From positions 2,006,181-2,047,623 of the forward strand of contig OZ287696.1 in NCBI GenBank assembly GCA_965649825.1: a stretch of 41,443 bases of DNA, read 5' to 3'. Below, piece after piece: positions 35,474-41,443 of the stretch. The notes beneath the pieces were generated by a model. The model was not told the origin of the DNA. It worked only from the letters and a program-made list of their open reading frames with translations, and did not search any database. Numbering within the stretch: position 1 is the first letter of the stretch; each line of letters begins with the position of its first letter. This DNA is from Penicillus capitatus (Eukaryota; Plantae; Chlorophyta). The position numbers were made by a program, and so were the translations under genes.

Positions 35474-35953
35474 CGCGAAGTCATGCAACGAATGCAGCGC
35501 CAATGATGTAGATAGGGTGCTAACCAACGACTCTCACTCAGCCTGAATCGAATCAGACCACGCAGGCGCTGTGGCTCCACAAAGAGCCATCCCAGGGCGA
35601 CACTTCGAACACCGAATGCCCATACCATCGGCAATGCAGCCCAACACTTAACGCCAACGCGTGATTCTAAGCTGTTCATGAATACCGCATGTTGTAGGAT
35701 GATTTCGCCGAACTCGTCGCGCTCGAGCATCGGCAAAGGAGAAAACGGCTGTGGAGTGAGAGATACGTTACGCCATCGGCAGAAAGATACTGTTCTTGCT
35801 CTGTCAGCATCGTCCCTGCCTTTCGGCCGAAGATTTTTGCGCCGATCCATAGTTCTTCCGGCGTCCACTGGCCAATTGGCACGCGTGCCTTAACGACCGG
35901 ACATCAGATTGGCAAGCGTCCGGTGACATATAAATGGAATATTCTGTCGCTCT

Positions 35954-36772
35954 TTGTCCTGCAAACAACCCGTCTTCACATTCTTTTCGCGTCCACCCAT
36001 GGGCCTCGCCGCATCTGTTCTGGCTCCGTCGTGCCTCGTGGGCACCGGCCTCTGTCTGTTGAGCGGAAACGTGCCGATGCTGCTCGGATGCGTTCTTCCG
36101 TTTGCTTGCGAATTGGCGCACGTCATTACCGACGAAGCTTTGATGTCCGAAGGCAAAATCTCCATCGACGACAACATCGCCGACGTTGCGCATTGGAGCG
36201 TCGTCCAGTTCGGCATCCGTTCCTATTCGCTCAATTGCTGTGGCCGCTGGAATCCACTCCTCGACACACTGCGTCTGATCTTGGCCCCGTGTGCTGCCTC
36301 CTTTTCGGGACGTATGATCCACGATGTCGTCGTTGCCTTTATCTGTGATCAAGAGAGTGGATCTGAAGCACTCCTCCTTCTTTCCAGAGCACACAACGGC
36401 GATCTGGACATCTGCCTTTGTGAGACGGTGGAGGAAGTGGATATCAAAGGCAAGCCCGAAATCTTTGGCATCCCTAAGAGGGGGTGGTGGAAAGCACGGA
36501 CAGAGAGTCCAGTGATGCGTGTGGGAGATCTCGTGCAAAAATGCCGCGCCATGCCTACGGAGTATCAGCCCGTTTCGAATAATTGTCATCATTTTGCGAA
36601 GGAGCTCTGGAACTGGCATGCAGAGAAACTCAGCGAAGAAGGAAGCACGGTGCGACGGATACGGTTGCCACGCAGTCGGCGGCGATGTTCATCGAAAGGA
36701 CCGGCCAGATCGCTCATCTTTAAGCGAAAACCTTTTGAGAATTCGATCACCATTGCACATTCTTTGCAATAG
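35954..36772 (+). CDS. PPPDE/LRAT-like permuted papain-fold protein with N-terminal hydrophobic segments (start uncertain)
   Basis: YQPVSNNCHHFAKELW matches the YxxxxNNCxHF motif; upstream MIHDVVV is a candidate catalytic His; first in-frame ATG at 35999. Confidence 0.5.
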   Translation: MSCKQPVFTFFSRPPMGLAASVLAPSCLVGTGLCLLSGNVPMLLGCVLPFACELAHVITDEALMSEGKISIDDNIADVAHWSVVQFGIRSYSLNCCGRWNPLLDTLRLILAPCAASFSGRMIHDVVVAFICDQESGSEALLLLSRAHNGDLDICLCETVEEVDIKGKPEIFGIPKRGWWKARTESPVMRVGDLVQKCRAMPTEYQPVSNNCHHFAKELWNWHAEKLSEEGSTVRRIRLPRSRRRCSSKGPARSLIFKRKPFENSITIAHSLQ

Positions 36773-36837
36773 CGTCAAAAGAATCGGCGGCGTGAACACG
36801 TCCAAAGCGTTTGTGTGGTTACTGTGTTCACGATCAA

Positions 36838-39268
36838 CTAGGGCGAAAAGGAGGGGGCTTGTTTCTGTCCATTGCTGCTGCCTTCATAAATCACTCGTTT
36901 GACCAAGCTACGATAAGGATCTTCTGTAGATTTCTGACGCAGATACGCAATATTGTTCTCCAAGTCTTCTTTGATCTATTCAGCACGCGCCGTGGCATCC
37001 TGAGAAAGCACCATAGTTCACGCACCTCTCTGTAGAGCTCCTCACACGTGTCTCTCTCGTCGTAGTGGTCTTGTGTTGTGACAAACGGCTTGCCGAAGAG
37101 GAAGTACTGTCTCTGCGGTACCTTCGGTCGAACCAAGGGCTACAACAACAGAAGACTGGATGCAAGGATAAGAGGATCGATGCATGATTACGGGCAGAAA
37201 GAGATCGCCGCGTTTCTCACTGAGTCCAGGACGCGCTTCGGGATGGCGTTGGAGCTGTTGTCGAGCAATGTCTCCGAGAATCGGTGTCTGCATGATTTCG
37301 TCCCGATCCATGACGATCTCGAAGGAATCTTCGACGCCGACGGAGGCCAAGGTCACGATCGTGGCATTGAATTTGGCTGCCATTCGCACGAACTCTGGCT
37401 TCTCTGGCCAAAAGAGCTGATAGGTTTCGTTCTTGAGCTTAAAAGACTCCCGTGCACCGCCCGGATACAACAGCACACATTCGTTCTGCTTCAGCAAACC
37501 GTAGAGATTCTTGGGACTGACTCTCACAGCACCGTATGTCATCATCAATTCCGACATCCGTCGCTGACCACGATTGCTTTCATTCTCCATCTTCAGACAC
37601 AACAACCGTATCGACAGATTCTGTCAGCAGACAGGCAGCAAACGTCAAAGACGAGAGGATGCGTCAGTCCTCTAATGAGAATGCCCTTTTCACGAAAGAG
37701 CGATTCCACAAGGAGCGCAGTATCGGGAGCCAACAACTGATGATTGCCCACGACGAGCAAAGGTCGACGATCAGGCAAACCATCCAACCCTTGGATAACC
37801 CTAAACAGATGCTGTCGTAGAAAGTATGGATGGATCGGATCTTGACGTGTTCTCCGTCGGAGTGGAGTAGAAAACAGGACTGACCAATCTGTTCAGAGAG
37901 ACAAAAGGCCTGCCCAGTCTTGCGTGCTCTTTTTCTGTGGGGAGCTCGATGGGAGCTGCCGTTCCAAAAGCATTCGGCTTGGATGGCTTTCCGTTCGATG
38001 ACGTAAATCGTCGTTCCGTTACGTAGAATCCTTCCTCTTTAAGAATCTGCAATAGATCCACGCCAGCTTCCTGCAAGAGTGCATGACTTCGCATTCCCAT
38101 GGAATGCACCGTGCATCGACGCATGAGTGGAGCCAGACGGTTCTTTTCATTTCCAGATGGCAACATCCAATCGCCGTCGCTGACCAACAAAAACGTTCGC
38201 TGCCTGATCTGCACGCGAAACCACATCTCCCTCGTCTACGCATCATGTATGCGATGGAACCTGAGGTATCAGCGGAGAGATGGTCTGAAACCCTTGTCGG
38301 ATAACCTCCAGTTTCCAAGCAACGCACTCAGGCGTCAAAACGTCGCCGATGAATCCCAGTGTCCCAAACAGTTCCAATGTTCCCTAAACAGACAGGTAGG
38401 TGTTTTCTTTGGGCACACGTGGTACGTCGTCCGACCTCGATGATGCTGTCCACTTGATCAGGGATCGATAGCGATGCATCGAGTTTCTTCGCAAGCAGTG
38501 AGATGGGATTGCCAAGCAGAGGCGCCATGGCAAAAGACAGGCCCATGTAGAGTTCGTTAGGAATCTGTGGCAGCAATGGGCCCAATATCGGCCAAATCGA
38601 CTGTTCATAGCTCGATGCAGGATTGACCAAAACCAGCCGATCCACGAGCTCACTGCAGATGCGATGCCATTCTCGATCGGCAGGGAAAGAGGCTTACGGG
38701 CAGCGATGGGCAGCAGCGATGGCCAAGAGTCCTCCAAATGATTCGCCCAACAGATACACGGGCCGTCCCTTCTCGTTTTTTCCGATGCAACGTTTCATAT
38801 CGGAAACAAAGTGATCGAGCAGTTCGCTGAACGAGCTTCTGTCGTCCGGCGGCGTTGCATATGTGACAAAGTCAAATCCCTTCATCAGGAGAGGGAACTG
38901 AGGCGTTCCAGCCATGCCTGTCCCGTCAAATCCAGGCACATAGAACATGATTGGCAAGGAGGTGTATTCCTCCGTCGTCGTGCTCAGTTCCAAACACGGA
39001 CTCCATAATCGCGAAGATCCGCCTGAATGCGAAGGGATGGTGTCAGGAAAGGGAGGCACTCGGGAAAGTACATACCATCATTGCCTAACTGATCGTAGAG
39101 TGAAACTTGGTTTCGCTCACCGTTTCTCCCGAAGATGGTCGGGAAATTCAATCCGGCTGCGAAGAAAGAAGTGTTGCTTGAGTTGGTACTCCTGACTCGA
39201 GTGCTGACGCCAGAGGAACGCGATGCGATCGACTTCGTCGGCGCTTTCGTCGCAACGACAGCTCGCAT
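36838..39268 (-). CDS. PES: Esterase/lipase/thioesterase-type acyltransferase (phytyl ester synthase PES1/2-like)
   Basis: YVPGFDGTG, VYLLGESFGG, LVLVNPASSY, SHALLQE, LLVVGNHQ (acyltransferase motif), VLLYPGGARE, QLFWPEKPEFVRMAAKF, RQYFLFGKP, AYLRQKSTEDPYRSL..APSF*. Confidence 0.92.
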
Positions 39269-39688
39269 TCTGTGCCCTCCCTTCAATCGCACGCGGAAGG
39301 TGATCGCCAAGCAATGACTAAGGAAGCACACCACTCGACGTGATGTGACGTGACTTGCAGGCCGGTTTGTAAGCACTTAGCACGAAAACGACGCTTTTAG
39401 AGATGGGCGAGCGGGTGGGTCATTCAGAAAGAGTTCCCAAAATTGTGACTGGCTGCATGCCTTCTGCGCCAGGAACAGTTTTCCCGAGCCTGTTTACGGA
39501 GAGACACGTAAAAATGGAATCGGATCACTTTATGACAACAGAAGGGGCGTTTTAAGAATCTCGAAACAAAGACGCGGCCTTCAGCACAAGAACGATTTTT
39601 GTGCTTAGAAATAAACAGTGTCAACAAGAGATGGCGCAGAGCGCAACAGTTCGGCACAGTTATGGAGCTGCTACAAGGACGAACAAAA

Positions 39689-40726
39689 TTACCCACTCGG
39701 TCGTTTGAGCGTTCGGCTTTTGGACGAGGATGGTCTGCTTTGCTGCTTAGTCGCAATCGTGTTCCGGAAGCTATCGTTTGCTGAGTGCTCGGCGTTTTCT
39801 TCGTCGGACGACGATGGATCTTCATCTTTTTTGCGATCTCCGACCAGAACTGCGAGGAGAAATGCAAGGAAAGACAAGAGGATGATGATTCCGGCGGTCG
39901 TCCATGTCGGACGTGGGGTTCCGACGATCGATGTCGACCCTGAATTCTTGTTTGAAGGCACGACGTCTTCGGAAACGGAGTCTGGCTCTGTGGCTGTCAC
40001 GGGTTCAGATGCGTTTCTGCCCGGCGGCGAAAAGGACGGCGGCGTGAATGCCTCAGACATTGCGGGCGACATGCCGATCTCAGGGAGCGTCAAATTCGCC
40101 GTGGTCACATTGGGTAGTGATGTGACTGGAGTATCGCGCTCTGGAAACTCACTGCCAGACGGTCGCGTTTCGGTTGATGAGTTCACAAACGGATTTTGTG
40201 CAAACCCGGGATTCAAGCGCGGCGAAAACACCGTCGGCGATTCTTCACGGGACTCCGAGGACTCTTCCTCAAGCGACGCGTCATGAGAATTCGGAGACGT
40301 TGCCTGGCAGGTATTGATATTCGGTAAGACATCCACACACGGAAGGCCGTTCTCGCACGTCTCGTTCTTGCAGCACCCAAGCAGAGGCGCAAATAAGCTG
40401 CAGGATTCAACGCCATCCATCGTTATCCACTGCTCGCACGCTGTATAGGTCGAAGGCAAGACACTGCAATGCTCTTCGAAGCATGGCTCCGAGTAACGAA
40501 ATCTCGGCGCTGAGTCGATATTTGTCAGACAGGGATCCACCAGCCAGCAGTAGTAGAGAGGCTCGTGGACGCCAGTATACGGAGAGCATAAGGTCTCGCT
40601 CTGTGTCGACCGCATGAAGCTTCCCACGACATTCAAAAATTTGCGACTTTCCACGACTCCTATCCAGTAACTCAAAAGAACCACGATGCTCAAGGAGCTT
40701 TTTTGCCAGTGGCAGAAGCCCCTCAT
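39689..40726 (-). CDS. Orphan type I membrane protein: signal peptide, 12-Cys domain, Ser/Thr/Pro stalk, TM, short tail; intronless
   Basis: Single 369-codon ORF (upstream ATG 40798; ATG 40726 precedes the signal-like SLSIVVLLSYWIGVVES); TM AGIIILLSFLAFLLAVLV followed by DRKK. Confidence 0.7.
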   Translation of the reverse strand: MRGFCHWQKSSLSIVVLLSYWIGVVESRKFLNVVGSFMRSTQSETLCSPYTGVHEPLYYCWLVDPCLTNIDSAPRFRYSEPCFEEHCSVLPSTYTACEQWITMDGVESCSLFAPLLGCCKNETCENGLPCVDVLPNINTCQATSPNSHDASLEEESSESREESPTVFSPRLNPGFAQNPFVNSSTETRPSGSEFPERDTPVTSLPNVTTANLTLPEIGMSPAMSEAFTPPSFSPPGRNASEPVTATEPDSVSEDVVPSNKNSGSTSIVGTPRPTWTTAGIIILLSFLAFLLAVLVGDRKKDEDPSSSDEENAEHSANDSFRNTIATKQQSRPSSSKSRTLKRPSG

Positions 40727-40912
40727 CGTCTTGACCAAGCTAAGAGATCGACGATTCGTTTGCCGCGAAGTGCCTCCTCTGTCGTACTGTATGTTCATCA
40801 GATCATCATTTTCGTCGTTCTGCGTCGCTTGAAGGGTTAGAGGTCATGCTCTCGACGCGAAACTTATGTCGCGTTAAAGGAATTGCCGGTCGTCAGCTGC
40901 TGACAGATCTCA

Positions 40913-41443
40913 ATGGCCTGTTCTCAACATCTCCGCCCTCGATCCTCTCGCGGCGCGCGATTTCTCGACAGTAGGGCACACAAGTGGTTGTGTATTGTGT
41001 AACGAGAGCGATGCTATGGACTGTTCAGGTCCAAGGCGGCGTCCATGTCGCTACAGACAGGCATCGTCGGTCTGCCCAATGTTGGCAAGGTATCTATCCG
41101 TTATCGTCTTGTCTGTCTCTCCTCTTCTGAAGATCTCTTTCCCAGAGCACTTTGTTCAATGCCATCGTCGAAGGAGGAAAGGCACAGGCGGCCAATTTTC
41201 CATTCTGTACCATTGATCCAAATGTCGGCATCGTTAGTGTTCCGGACACACGTCTTCGGGAACTTTCGTCGATTTCAGAGTCGAAGTCGACGGTGCCTTG
41301 GTCATAAATGTGCTCTCGCTGAGCCTGCCTGCCCTCTTAGGTCGCAACCGCGATTGAATTCGTCGACATTGCTGGACTGGTGAAAGGAGCCAGTAAAGGA
41401 GAAGGGCTCGGCAACAAATTCCTGAGCAATATTCGGGAAGTGG
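40913..41443 (+). CDS. ychF: Obg-like ATPase YchF/OLA1, probably organelle-targeted; 3' end runs off the window
   Basis: [59 protein letters not shown]; transit-like first exon from ATG 40913 is inferred. Confidence 0.93.

Noticed and set aside
1-41443. Alternative genetic code (TAA/TAG = Gln) as in some ulvophyte algae
   Set aside because: TAA and TAG end genes at the expected homologous C-termini (CLD1 5977-5979, PES 36838-36840, CPR 34261-34263), and no internal TAA/TAG was needed.

Overview
Gene-dense eukaryotic nuclear DNA (about 50% GC, mostly 45-60 nt spliceosomal introns, standard code), most likely a compact green alga (chlorophyte). This is inferred from plant-type plastid proteins (CLD1, HY1-type heme oxygenase, PES), a plant-type TOM9 and a chlorophyte-type C5 DNA methyltransferase. 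About 21 genes were assembled by eye from the ORF track plus splice sites: TTI1 (partial), TMEM234, a type II metacaspase with a substituted catalytic dyad, CLD1, a penta-EF-hand protein, LACS, DPH5, DUF1365, an RNA-dependent RNA polymerase (RDR), a CDPK-like kinase, TOM9, a DNA methyltransferase, heme oxygenase, an F-box-like protein, an MBOAT wax synthase, CPR, a tail-anchored unknown, a PPPDE-like protein, PES, a Cys-rich membrane orphan and YchF/OLA1 (partial). The most interesting item is the RDR, which has an intact DLDGD motif and appears fused, through a 47-nt intron, to a ~770-aa extension. That extension carries a degenerate Cid1/TUTase-like nucleotidyltransferase fold, a KH-like domain and an unidentified, possibly triphosphate-tunnel-like, domain. 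Other highlights are a His-to-Tyr/Cys-to-Ser pseudo-metacaspase, same-strand gene pairs separated by 37-68 nt (candidate polycistrons), and a cluster of GC-AG introns in the methyltransferase gene. All family calls come from motif recognition without database searches, exon boundaries are manual, and novelty could not be verified. No rRNA, tRNA, CRISPR or mobile element was recognised.
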